A stretch of DNA of 64,000 bases from a virus: UHGV virus genome UHGV-0057186. The stretch is one strand, 5' to 3'. The position numbers were made by a program, and so were the translations under genes. Shown piece after piece: positions 19,672 through 28,039 of this stretch. Numbering within the stretch: the first letter of the stretch is position 1; each line of letters begins with the position of its first letter. The notes beneath the pieces are model-generated. The model made no database searches and was not told where the DNA came from. It worked only from the letters and a program-made list of their open reading frames with translations.

Positions 19672-20199
19672 TTATGCGAGTACCGTCTTTAACCGTTCTT
19701 CAAACTTCCGAAGAGTATTTTGGCGTTCAGCTCTTTGCTTTTTGTAAGTTTCAATACGCTCTGAAATGAGAGTGTATCGTTCATTTACTGATTCTTTCAT
19801 AAAATCAGGAATTTCATGAGAAGCTTTAATCTCGTCAAATTTATCAATAACTGCTTGCTCTTCAGCAATTAAGTTATCATACATCAAAATATCTTTCTTG
19901 ATGAACTCAATATCTTCTTGAGTTACACGAGATAATTTAGATGCTTTATCCTTTTTGTACTGTTCGTTAGTATCACGAGACCAGTGTAATGTACGATTTT
20001 TATTCGTATTCTTGTAAATTTCTACAATACCAATCTCATCGATAATAACGATCCAATTCCAACGAGATTTGTAAATTTGTCCTCCGTCAACCGTGATTTC
20101 ACCTCCGATTGAGATGTCATTAAAGAACTTGCTTTGTGCTTCAGATTTAAATTTACCATCGTTGTAATTTACCAGGTTGAAAATATCTTTAGCGTTCAT
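19672..20199 (-). CDS. Hypothetical protein
   Basis: 175-aa ORF with ggagga RBS. Confidence 0.55.
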   Translation of the reverse strand: MNAKDIFNLVNYNDGKFKSEAQSKFFNDISIGGEITVDGGQIYKSRWNWIVIIDEIGIVEIYKNTNKNRTLHWSRDTNEQYKKDKASKLSRVTQEDIEFIKKDILMYDNLIAEEQAVIDKFDEIKASHEIPDFMKESVNERYTLISERIETYKKQRAERQNTLRKFEERLKTVLA

Positions 20200-20227
20200 T
20201 TTGTGTTCCTCCGTAGTTGATAGTTGT

Positions 20228-20256
20228 ATAGTACCACAGAGGAACAGTCTTGTAAA
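20228..20256 (-). promoter_or_regulatory. T4-type early promoter (GTTTACA...TGG-TACTAT-ACAACTATCAAC)
   Basis: Conserved -35/extended -10/start-region family shared with >10 other sites in window. Confidence 0.6.
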
Positions 20257-20259
20257 CCA

Positions 20260-20574
20260 CTAAAAGAAACTTCTTTCACAATTTTTTCCACTGAACCACG
20301 CGCTCACTGCTTTCTTAGTCTCAGGAGCAGTGTTATCCATAAACCATTCAAAGGCAGCCTTTTTATGATTCTGGAGGGCTTCTCGGGCTTTAATCTGCTC
20401 ACGGTCTATTAACACTAACATATGAGCCTTTCTTGTCACCATGGGCTTCTTATGATTTTTTGAATATTCCCAATCATTTGTCCATCGCATCGTTGTTGCG
20501 AATTGAAGTACAGCTTCTTTAATTTTAGTTTCGTAAATTTCACGAGCCTTTGAGTATAACATCATTACCTCCAT
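20260..20574 (-). CDS. Hypothetical protein
   Basis: 104-aa ORF. Confidence 0.5.
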   Translation of the reverse strand: MEVMMLYSKAREIYETKIKEAVLQFATTMRWTNDWEYSKNHKKPMVTRKAHMLVLIDREQIKAREALQNHKKAAFEWFMDNTAPETKKAVSAWFSGKNCERSFF

Positions 20575-20663
20575 TCACCAGTTTAATTCTAGTCATCTTT
20601 TTGATGGCAGTCCATATAATCTATTTCTGAACTGCCTTTTTGTCATAGAAGTCCTCTTATGAA

Positions 20664-21632
20664 TTATTTCAGAAGAGTAACCTCAGCGATTTCTTCCCAA
20701 CCGTTTTTGTCGGTCATAATAAAGTCAGCAAGATAAAGAGCAGTACGCAGTGAAACATTGCGTAAACGATTAACATTGACTTTCATCCATGATAATGCTT
20801 TATAAGTTTCTTCATCAGAAAGACCGCGTTTTTGCATCATGTCAGTTGAAAGAATAACATCTTCAACCCTGACCATAATTTCTTCATTAGTGTGAACACC
20901 CAAATCTAAATAAACTGAGCGGGACACTAATGCTTGTAAATGTGGAGCAAGTTTAGTACCACGGTCTAATTCGCGGTCAATGTCAACGTTTGTGATAAAA
21001 ACAATCGTTCCTTTAAATTCAAACTCACGCTCAATGCCTTTTTCTTCTAAGTAAGAAGACGCAGTACTCCAGCAGACTTTACGGGTCTCTCCAGTGTCCA
21101 GAGCGGCTTTTAGAAGATTAAGAATGTCCATATCAGAGAAAACATCCACATCATCAATCAAAAGGACAGAATTCTCTTCACGATTATTCCAAAGCTGCTC
21201 ATAAAGACCAATACCAGAGATTTTACCATTAATGCTTTTATATTCAATGTATCCAATATCATTTGCTTTATTTAAAGCTTTATCTAAAGAATACGTTTTA
21301 CCAATACCTGCTGCGCCAGAGATAATTAATGAACGAATATTTCCATTAATAATACCATTCGTCATCATTCCCATAACATTAAATCTTTTATTAATGCGGG
21401 TTTTCATATCTTCATACGATTCTTTAACTTCTTCAACTTTTACACCATCATATGAAATGTCTGATTTGTAAACCCAAACACCGCGACGTTTACCGTCAAT
21501 TTCAACAAAAACTTTACCATCTCCTTGTGCATCTACCGGAGCATTATCTGGGAACCATTCGCCTAAAAGCTCAAAAGTTCCAGAGATTTCTTTACCGAAG
21601 TAGATACCCTTATTGATAGTTACAGTTTTCAT
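20664..21632 (-). CDS. P-loop ATPase (Walker A GAAGIGKT, Walker B VLLIDDVD)
   Basis: 322-aa ORF with both NTP-binding motifs. Confidence 0.6.
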   Translation of the reverse strand: MKTVTINKGIYFGKEISGTFELLGEWFPDNAPVDAQGDGKVFVEIDGKRRGVWVYKSDISYDGVKVEEVKESYEDMKTRINKRFNVMGMMTNGIINGNIRSLIISGAAGIGKTYSLDKALNKANDIGYIEYKSINGKISGIGLYEQLWNNREENSVLLIDDVDVFSDMDILNLLKAALDTGETRKVCWSTASSYLEEKGIEREFEFKGTIVFITNVDIDRELDRGTKLAPHLQALVSRSVYLDLGVHTNEEIMVRVEDVILSTDMMQKRGLSDEETYKALSWMKVNVNRLRNVSLRTALYLADFIMTDKNGWEEIAEVTLLK

Positions 21633-21659
21633 TTTATTCTCCTTTGATTTGATAGGACT

Positions 21660-21688
21660 ACTATAACATAGTCCTATCAGTTTGTATA
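21660..21688 (-). promoter_or_regulatory. Early promoter, weaker -35 (TG-T-TATAGT extended -10, CTATCAAA start region)
   Basis: Minus strand ...actatgTTATAGTagtcctatcaaa. Confidence 0.4.
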
Positions 21689-21689
21689 C

Positions 21690-21890
21690 TTATTTTGACA
21701 TTTCTTCGATGTCACGACGATACCCGTCACGAACTTCACGAAGAGCTTCAAGGCCACACATAGGCTCGATACCAGTAATGTGAACTTGATTAATCTGATA
21801 CTCTACATCTTCTAACTGAGCGAAAACATAACGACGTTCAGCTGCACAACCAGATTTAGCTTTACCGAAACGTTTATTCAAAGTAGTCAT
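21690..21890 (-). CDS. Hypothetical small protein
   Basis: 66-aa ORF with ggag RBS. Confidence 0.45.
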   Translation of the reverse strand: MTTLNKRFGKAKSGCAAERRYVFAQLEDVEYQINQVHITGIEPMCGLEALREVRDGYRRDIEEMSK

Positions 21891-21928
21891 TTTGTATCTC
21901 CAATTTACTCATTTGTTTTGATAGGTCT

Positions 21929-21957
21929 ATAGTATCAACAACTACAGACCATGTAAA
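21929..21957 (-). promoter_or_regulatory. T4-type early promoter
   Basis: Minus strand GTTTACATGGTCTGTAGTTGTTGATACTATAGACCTATCAAAA. Confidence 0.6.
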
Positions 21958-21961
21958 CAAT

Positions 21962-22225
21962 TTATTTTAATTTTCGCCAAATTTTTACTGCTTCTCGCCT
22001 CGATACTTCTACGGCGCCAAGTTCTATAGCTTTTTGACGACGACTTGCACGTAAGTCATAATGTTTAATGCGTTTATCTTGAAACCAAGAACGTTTCATT
22101 CCTATTGCTTCTGCCATTTCGTGAAGCTCTTCAATATCTCCATCAGTGAACATATGACAATTTTTAGTTGGATGACCGCGAAGTTTCCATCCATGATTCA
22201 TTAAAACATCTACGTAAACTGTCAT
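21962..22225 (-). CDS. Hypothetical basic protein
   Basis: 87-aa ORF. Confidence 0.5.
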   Translation of the reverse strand: MTVYVDVLMNHGWKLRGHPTKNCHMFTDGDIEELHEMAEAIGMKRSWFQDKRIKHYDLRASRRQKAIELGAVEVSRREAVKIWRKLK

Positions 22226-22407
22226 TGATTCTTCTCCAAATAAGTTTCGATAATTTTCTGGGCGAGATAAACCGCGTTATCTTCAGTTGCGTCTTCTAAG
22301 AAACTTTCAAAACACTCTGAAATTTCTTCTGTATCAATCAACTTTTTTACTTCAATTGGTGTAATTTTCATTTTGTTTTCCGTTTAAGTGTTTGTTTTGA
22401 TAGTTGT

Positions 22408-22436
22408 ATAGTACCATAAAGCTTTATGCTTGTAAA
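22408..22436 (-). promoter_or_regulatory. T4-type early promoter adjacent to terminator (PeSL-like cassette)
   Basis: Minus strand GTTTACAAGCATAAAGCTTTATGGTACTATACAACTATCAAAAC. Confidence 0.6.
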
Positions 22437-22461
22437 CAGTTTTGTGAAAAATTTTTGAAAT

Positions 22462-22485
22462 AAAAAAGGGAGCCCGAAGGCTCCC
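22462..22485 (-). terminator. Intrinsic terminator (gggagccttcgggctccc + TTTTTT)
   Basis: Perfect 7-bp GC stem with CGAA/TTCG loop followed by T-run on minus strand, 3 nt after the NTase gene stop. Confidence 0.7.
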
Positions 22486-22487
22486 TA

Positions 22488-23501
22488 TCATTTATAATAG
22501 CTTCGGTGGTTTTCAAGATAAACCTTCTCAAGGAAGTCATCCCAGAAACCCATGTCTACTTTTTGCTGCATACCGTTCTTAGAAGCTTCAGTAGATGCTG
22601 CTTCTACTTGATCGACCACATCTTCCAAAAACTCTTGAACTGTTTTAAATGGATGTTTACCCAACTTCACGTCGAGAATAAATGGAGCATCTTGGAGTGG
22701 ATAAACCAAGTCACCAGTTTTGTAAATTTCCAATAGTTGGAGTCCACCACGGCAGGCATGGCTCAGAGCTTTCCAGTCAATGCCTTCATTGGCTTCGGCC
22801 TTACGAGCGCGTTCACCGTATTCAGCATCTAATTTGTTCAGTGACTGCTTAAGCTCAATAAGAGAAAGCGTTGTCTGATATTTACGACCCAACACAGTGT
22901 AGAACGTTTGTGGGCCTGTTTTCTCATGATTATGGAACACCCATTCACAGAATTCGTTTTCTGGAAGACGATGCTTAATATCTTCAACTTTAGTACGACG
23001 CTGCTTAATAGAACCATCTTCTTGGTAATCAATCCATTGCTCAGGGATTTGATTAACTACTTTCAATACATCACGTAATGCAGCCAAACGAGAACCCTTG
23101 ACGCCATATTTAGAAGCTTGCTTACGGACATATCCTAAATAGGATTTCATGTTAGTCGTATAAAAACGAGAACGGTTGTCTTGAATAAACTTCCACACAT
23201 CAGGCAAATCAGATTTAACCACTAGTTCAGGTGGAGTGTGAAGCATATCCAATGCTACGGTTTCACCATCTGCTGCTAATTTAAAGAAATATTTAAGACT
23301 GTATAGTTCATGGTCAATATCATCTTTAGTGTTTTTAGATGATGTGTTGTTAGTGTTTTTACTCATATGCTCTTTGACATTTCCGATAAGAATATCGCGA
23401 GCAGGAGGAACAAAGATTTCTTTAAAATCTACATCAGATTCTGGGGTAGAAGTTCCATAAAGATGACTACCAAAATAGCTTTTCATTACTGTTTTCATCA
23501 T
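22488..23501 (-). CDS. Pol-beta-superfamily nucleotidyltransferase-fold protein (function unknown)
   Basis: 337 aa; N-terminal YFGSHLYGTSTPESDVDF (G-S-x11-D-x-D) and later ALDML acidic motif; start overlaps upstream stop in ATGA. Confidence 0.6.
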   Translation of the reverse strand: MMKTVMKSYFGSHLYGTSTPESDVDFKEIFVPPARDILIGNVKEHMSKNTNNTSSKNTKDDIDHELYSLKYFFKLAADGETVALDMLHTPPELVVKSDLPDVWKFIQDNRSRFYTTNMKSYLGYVRKQASKYGVKGSRLAALRDVLKVVNQIPEQWIDYQEDGSIKQRRTKVEDIKHRLPENEFCEWVFHNHEKTGPQTFYTVLGRKYQTTLSLIELKQSLNKLDAEYGERARKAEANEGIDWKALSHACRGGLQLLEIYKTGDLVYPLQDAPFILDVKLGKHPFKTVQEFLEDVVDQVEAASTEASKNGMQQKVDMGFWDDFLEKVYLENHRSYYK

Positions 23502-23971
23502 TCAGCCTTATATTCAATAACAGGACATACTTTAGCTTTACGCGCTTTTAAAAATTCGACGATAATAGATTTCTTGGGTTGAATAGGAGGTAAACCTTTA
23601 TACGCCCTATCAATATTTTCTACATGTAAAGCATAATCCTTTTTCCATTTATAATCTTTATATTTTTCACGCAGTTGTGCAGGAATAACAAATGAACCGA
23701 TAATAAGTAAAACAAGCAAAATGGCAAGTATAAATGCTGATGGAATAAGAGTCCATAAACTACCAAAAATAAGCCATTTCTGCATGATTTCTGCGCAGAT
23801 AATAGTTAGACCTACGAGTATAGTACATCCGAAAAAAGAAACGAAAAATGTAGGAATAACAATAGACCAAAAATACGCGCACAGTGTCTTAGGTCGTTGC
23901 CATTCATCGTTAAACAATTTGAATAATTTATAGTGCCAAGAGTTTTCATTAATAATCATAATTATAATCAT
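23498..23971 (-). CDS. Small polytopic membrane protein, translationally coupled to downstream NTase
   Basis: 157 aa; hydrophobic stretches YFWSIVIPTFFVSFFGCTILVGLTIICAEI and LIFGSLWTLIPSAFILAILLVLLIIGSFVIP; basic C-terminal tail. Confidence 0.55.
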   Translation of the reverse strand: MIIIMIINENSWHYKLFKLFNDEWQRPKTLCAYFWSIVIPTFFVSFFGCTILVGLTIICAEIMQKWLIFGSLWTLIPSAFILAILLVLLIIGSFVIPAQLREKYKDYKWKKDYALHVENIDRAYKGLPPIQPKKSIIVEFLKARKAKVCPVIEYKAE

Positions 23972-24489
23972 CCTTTCATTGAAGGCGTAACGGTTGTTAA
24001 ATACTTAATCATAGCTTCAGCTTCTGATTTTGATAATGAAATTTCTCCATTGTTTTGACGAATAGAAATAAAATCCGGATGACGGTCACCACCGGCTTTT
24101 AAAACACACATATAAGTATCAGTTTCATCTTCAATATTTGAAATGATTGAAGCAGTTCCACACGAATGTGGTTTTTGATAAATCAATACAGCTTTTCTTC
24201 CACCATTTGACTGTTCATAAACTTTTAATACATCAAACAAATCACTTCTTTTATCAATAGCTAAAATGTTGTTTTCATCTTCAATGTTAAATCCTTCGGA
24301 TACTTCATAAAGTGTCACCCATAAATCACCTATATCGATAGTAGCATTTTCCTTTCCATGACTTTCAAGAGCATGACAAATTTTCTTGATTTCGTCATAA
24401 CTCATTTTAATAATATCATCTCCTTGACTAAGAAAGATGTCATTTTTAAATTCAACACGAATTAAACCGCTTCCACTTGAAATAAACAT
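23968..24489 (-). CDS. Hypothetical protein, paralog B of tandem pair
   Basis: 173 aa; C-terminus SKSEAEAMIKYLTTVTPSM resembles neighbour. Confidence 0.55.
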   Translation of the reverse strand: MFISSGSGLIRVEFKNDIFLSQGDDIIKMSYDEIKKICHALESHGKENATIDIGDLWVTLYEVSEGFNIEDENNILAIDKRSDLFDVLKVYEQSNGGRKAVLIYQKPHSCGTASIISNIEDETDTYMCVLKAGGDRHPDFISIRQNNGEISLSKSEAEAMIKYLTTVTPSMKG

Positions 24490-24495
24490 ATTTCC

Positions 24496-25038
24496 TCACT
24501 TTGAAATCATAGTTGGAATGACAGAATCAAGATAAGTCTTTAACGCAATAGCTTCGTCTTTGGTAAATGTGACAATATGCGCTCGAAAATCATCAATTTG
24601 ACGAATAGTTAAGACATCTCCATCTTCATAACATTTTGATACATTTAAAACAGTTTCATCATTCTGATCGCACTGATCGCAAGCGTTAGTAATAATAGCA
24701 TTGCAATTTTTAAGCCATTTTAAACTATGTTTTCTTTCATTAGAATAATAAAAATATTTAATGTAAGTTATAAAATTATCCCAATTATTAATTGATAAGC
24801 ATATTGACTCGCTTTCAATGTTAAATCCTGGGCATAAAGAATAGAAATGAATTTTATGCTCATCATTAATGCTTACAATTTTATCAGTGTAAGGTTTTTC
24901 AATTTGGGTTAAATGAATAATTTCGCTAGGCGTAAAATATAGCATATCGTCTTCTTGCGTCAAACGATACATATTATTTACTTTTTCTATAGCCAATTCA
25001 CCAAAAAATGAACTAACTTCTAATACTAATCGTTTCAT
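24496..25038 (-). CDS. Hypothetical protein, paralog A of tandem pair
   Basis: 180 aa; shares GFNIE motif and C-terminus TKDEAIALKTYLDSVIPTM with neighbour. Confidence 0.55.
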   Translation of the reverse strand: MKRLVLEVSSFFGELAIEKVNNMYRLTQEDDMLYFTPSEIIHLTQIEKPYTDKIVSINDEHKIHFYSLCPGFNIESESICLSINNWDNFITYIKYFYYSNERKHSLKWLKNCNAIITNACDQCDQNDETVLNVSKCYEDGDVLTIRQIDDFRAHIVTFTKDEAIALKTYLDSVIPTMISK

Positions 25039-25039
25039 A

Positions 25040-25318
25040 TTAATCCTTTTTATTTGCGCTGATTTGTTCTAAAATTTTAGAGTATTCCTTTGTATCAGAT
25101 TTACGTACAATTGATACACTATAAGGCATACTATCGGTGTCTTTTATAAAGCGTTCCAAATGACACTCTAACAAAATTTCTGGATTATAAATCGTGTACA
25201 TCAAATTACCTGTTGCTCCACGATATTGGCAGATTTCTACTGATTGAACACCATTCCATAATTTTGTTAAAACTAAGTCACCTACTTCTAATTTAGGAAA
25301 ACTCATATTATTCACCAA
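25040..25318 (-). CDS. Hypothetical protein
   Basis: 92-aa ORF. Confidence 0.5.
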   Translation of the reverse strand: MVNNMSFPKLEVGDLVLTKLWNGVQSVEICQYRGATGNLMYTIYNPEILLECHLERFIKDTDSMPYSVSIVRKSDTKEYSKILEQISANKKD

Positions 25319-25493
25319 TTAAAGTTTCAATATAAGAATCAAGATTTACTTTAGCTTCTTCCATAAGAGTTTTGTATTTAATCTTGTTAGCATGTCCGGA
25401 GAAAGCTGATTCATCAATAATTGTTGATGTATGAACAGCTTTACTATACGTCTCAATTAATTCTCTTAATTTAAAAGCCTGCTCACTTGTCAT
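25308..25493 (-). CDS. Small helical protein (member of local small-paralog family)
   Basis: 61 aa; aggag RBS 7 nt upstream of ATG 25493. Confidence 0.5.
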   Translation of the reverse strand: MTSEQAFKLRELIETYSKAVHTSTIIDESAFSGHANKIKYKTLMEEAKVNLDSYIETLIGE

Positions 25494-25625
25494 TACATAC
25501 TCCTTTGAATAATATCAATAATGTTGTTCACCAGATTATAAGTAAACATTGGGTAATTATATTGAATCATCACATACACAACAAACAAAACTTTCATTCT
25601 CTTCTCCTTGGCAGTTGACAAGATT

Positions 25626-25655
25626 ACTATACCATAACCTTGCCAACTTGTAAAC
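25626..25655 (-). promoter_or_regulatory. T4-type early promoter heading the accessory cassette
   Basis: Minus strand GTTTACAAGTTGGCAAGGTTATGGTATAGTAATC. Confidence 0.6.
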
Positions 25656-25820
25656 CATTAAATGACGTTTTCAATAAAATTCTGAAGCTTTGTGTGAGCA
25701 TCAACCATGATTTTCATTTCTTCTTTTGCGAAAGCTGTACCTCTTTCCCGAGCAGAATACTCATAGTCAGAAACTGCATTAGCATATTCTTCAATTAGTT
25801 TCATTAAAAACATCTGCTTT

Positions 25821-26015
25821 TCAGTTTTCATTATTCCACCTAATCATTTCAAGATATTGAACTAACTTAGCTTTAGATTTATCCAAATCCTTTTTAGCTG
25901 CTTCTATACCGTCGTATGAATATCCTTCACAATGCTCAACTGCTAATTGATATGAATCTATTTCAATATCACGTGCTAATTTAATGATTTTTTCAAACTG
26001 TTCGCGTGTTAGCAT
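25821..26015 (-). CDS. Small helical protein (small-paralog family)
   Basis: 64-aa ORF. Confidence 0.45.
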   Translation of the reverse strand: MLTREQFEKIIKLARDIEIDSYQLAVEHCEGYSYDGIEAAKKDLDKSKAKLVQYLEMIRWNNEN

Positions 26016-26017
26016 AC

Positions 26018-26257
26018 TTAAACTCTCGTATTATGATCGATAATTTCATCAAGAAACATATCTAACGCTTCTAAAGCATTATCCACTTTAGTTTCAAAGT
26101 CTTTAATGCCTTTATTCGAAATACCCGATGAATACCAAGCAAAGTTAATGCGCTCCTCGTCTGCTTTACGAATTAAAGCTACCAATTCCTTAATTTTATC
26201 AGCTTGTTCGATACTAATCATTATTCCACCACATATGAAAGAGAGAATATTGCACAC
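26018..26257 (-). CDS. Small helical protein (small-paralog family)
   Basis: 79-aa ORF. Confidence 0.45.
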   Translation of the reverse strand: MCNILSFICGGIMISIEQADKIKELVALIRKADEERINFAWYSSGISNKGIKDFETKVDNALEALDMFLDEIIDHNTRV

Positions 26258-26454
26258 GCCATATGAGTTGCAACTTCATCACACATATTATAACGTTTCT
26301 TGAGAAATTCTACAAGTTCTTCACTAGTAACTTCATCCATGTCGACGAAAAAATCACCATTAATGATGACGTAGATATTTCCTTCTTGATTGAGTGCTTC
26401 AATTTTCATGATGTTCTCCTCTTTATCCGATGGTTGTATAGTACCACAGCTCAA
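26221..26454 (-). CDS. Hypothetical small protein
   Basis: 77-aa ORF. Confidence 0.4.
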   Translation of the reverse strand: MSCGTIQPSDKEENIMKIEALNQEGNIYVIINGDFFVDMDEVTSEELVEFLKKRYNMCDEVATHMACAIFSLSYVVE

Positions 26455-26467
26455 ACGGAAAGTAAAC
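26438..26467 (-). promoter_or_regulatory. T4-type early promoter adjacent to terminator (PeSL-like)
   Basis: Minus strand GTTTACTTTCCGTTTGAGCTGTGGTACTATACAACCATC. Confidence 0.6.
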
Positions 26468-26477
26468 CGGTAAAATG

Positions 26478-26500
26478 AAAAAAGTCTCCCGAAGGAGACT
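26478..26500 (-). terminator. Intrinsic terminator downstream of rI.-1
   Basis: Hairpin gtctcc-ttcg-ggagac followed by TTTTTT on minus strand. Confidence 0.7.
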
Positions 26501-26504
26501 AATG

Positions 26505-26891
26505 TTATTCGAGGGAAAGAAGATACTTACTTTGGTAAAACATTCCAGTAATATCATCTATCGTGCTTTGGATGGCTGGAGGCATTTCTTTATAAATGCT
26601 GTTAGATTGGTCTAGTATGCGATCAATCATTTTAATTGTGTCGGTAGGAAGTTTACTAGCATCTGGAATTGAAGGTGTGTATTTTCTACCAGAATACCCC
26701 AAATATTGCTCACCAAATTTATCAATCAAATCTGGCAACTCGGAGAAAATAAAATCGTATGCTTTGTGTCTAGCATAACTTTTAGTTTCAAAATGTGCAG
26801 AATGAAAATAAGCTTGTGCAGCCATTAATAAACCTAAGTATTCATCTGCCTTTGAAGGTTTTCCACTTTGTGAAAAGTCGCTGAATTTCAT
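26505..26891 (-). CDS. Hypothetical protein (rI.-1 position)
   Basis: 128-aa ORF, 4-nt overlap with rI. Confidence 0.55.
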   Translation of the reverse strand: MKFSDFSQSGKPSKADEYLGLLMAAQAYFHSAHFETKSYARHKAYDFIFSELPDLIDKFGEQYLGYSGRKYTPSIPDASKLPTDTIKMIDRILDQSNSIYKEMPPAIQSTIDDITGMFYQSKYLLSLE

Positions 26892-27181
26892 TCAGTCTCC
26901 AATTTAATGTTCATAATTCTAGCGTATGATTGTGCCATCTCCGCGCCTCGTTCTATACATTCAAAATCAGAAGAGCACGGGTCATTTTTATAGGTCGTTC
27001 TCATAAAACTATAGAATTGTTCAGACGATTCTACGCTTTTATTTTCAAAAAGCATATAAACGTGCCTAATACCAGATTCCATAAATTTATCAAAATGAGG
27101 ATCGACATTCACTTCAATCGGTGGAGATAAAGCAAACGCTAATCCTAGCATGGCAAATAGTGCCGTTGCTTTTAAGGCCAT
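26888..27181 (-). CDS. rI: Lysis-inhibition regulator RI (antiholin)
   Basis: 97 aa MALKATALFAMLGLAFALSPPIEVNVDPHFDKFMESGIRHVYMLFENKS..., matches T4 RI as I recall it; N-terminal signal-anchor. Confidence 0.88.
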   Translation of the reverse strand: MALKATALFAMLGLAFALSPPIEVNVDPHFDKFMESGIRHVYMLFENKSVESSEQFYSFMRTTYKNDPCSSDFECIERGAEMAQSYARIMNIKLETE

Positions 27182-27193
27182 AAAGGCCTCCTA

Positions 27194-27406
27194 TCATTTT
27201 TGTCCTGTATTTACTTTATGCCGATGCACGGCCTTAACTTTATCAAGGTATTTTTCAAAATTTCGCAATCTAGTATAGTCTGCCGGAGATTGGTTGAGTG
27301 ATACTTCTCGACGCAAAGCTGAAATGATATTTCCAACTTCCCTACGAATTTCATCTAATTGAAGAACGGTAAGATTGCGAAGTTGCTTTTCAGTTAATTG
27401 TAGCAT
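27194..27406 (-). CDS. Hypothetical protein (rI.1 position)
   Basis: 70-aa ORF. Confidence 0.5.
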
Positions 27407-27432
27407 ATATACCCCTTTAGTTAGATAAACCT

Positions 27433-27440
27433 ATTTATAA
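27433..27440 (-). promoter_or_regulatory. Late promoter TATAAATA
   Basis: Exact TATAAATA on minus strand about 25 nt upstream of ATG 27406. Confidence 0.5.
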
Positions 27441-27448
27441 CTTTTGCA

Positions 27449-28030
27449 CTAACCGAGCTTTTTAGTTAATTCATTCCAATGTTTTCTACACAAAGAAACA
27501 TAAATTTCATCACCAATACAGATTTGATTACCTTCTTTAACTGGTGTTCCATCTTCCATTAATCGAGCTGTCATAATAGCTTTTTTACCACAATGACAAA
27601 CTGCCTTTAGTTCAATAAGTTTATCTGCAATCGCCAAAAGTTCTTTAGAACCTTCAAATAATTTTCCAGCGAAATCAGTCCTTAGTCCATAAGCCATAAC
27701 AGGAACATTATATGTATCAACAATTCGGCTTAATTGATGCACTTGTTCAGTTTTTAAAAACTGAGCTTCATCTACAAATACACAATGAATATCTTTTTGT
27801 GCTTCAGCCCATTTATAGAACTCAAAAATATCCATATCATCCGTAATAATATTCGCTTCCTGTTTAATTCCAATGCGAGAAACGACTTCACAGACAGAAT
27901 CGCGAGTATCAATAGCAGGCTTAAGAACTAATACACTCATTCCACGTTCTTTATAATTATGCGCAGCAGTCAAAAGAGAAGCAGATTTTCCAGCATTCAT
28001 TGCTGCATAAGTAAAAATTAAACTCGCCAT
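27449..28030 (-). CDS. tk: Thymidine kinase
   Basis: 193 aa; P-loop AMNAGKSASLL, Zn motif CHCGKKA...CRKH, length as in T4 Tk. Confidence 0.92.
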   Translation of the reverse strand: MASLIFTYAAMNAGKSASLLTAAHNYKERGMSVLVLKPAIDTRDSVCEVVSRIGIKQEANIITDDMDIFEFYKWAEAQKDIHCVFVDEAQFLKTEQVHQLSRIVDTYNVPVMAYGLRTDFAGKLFEGSKELLAIADKLIELKAVCHCGKKAIMTARLMEDGTPVKEGNQICIGDEIYVSLCRKHWNELTKKLG

Positions 28031-28039
28031 ATCACCTTC

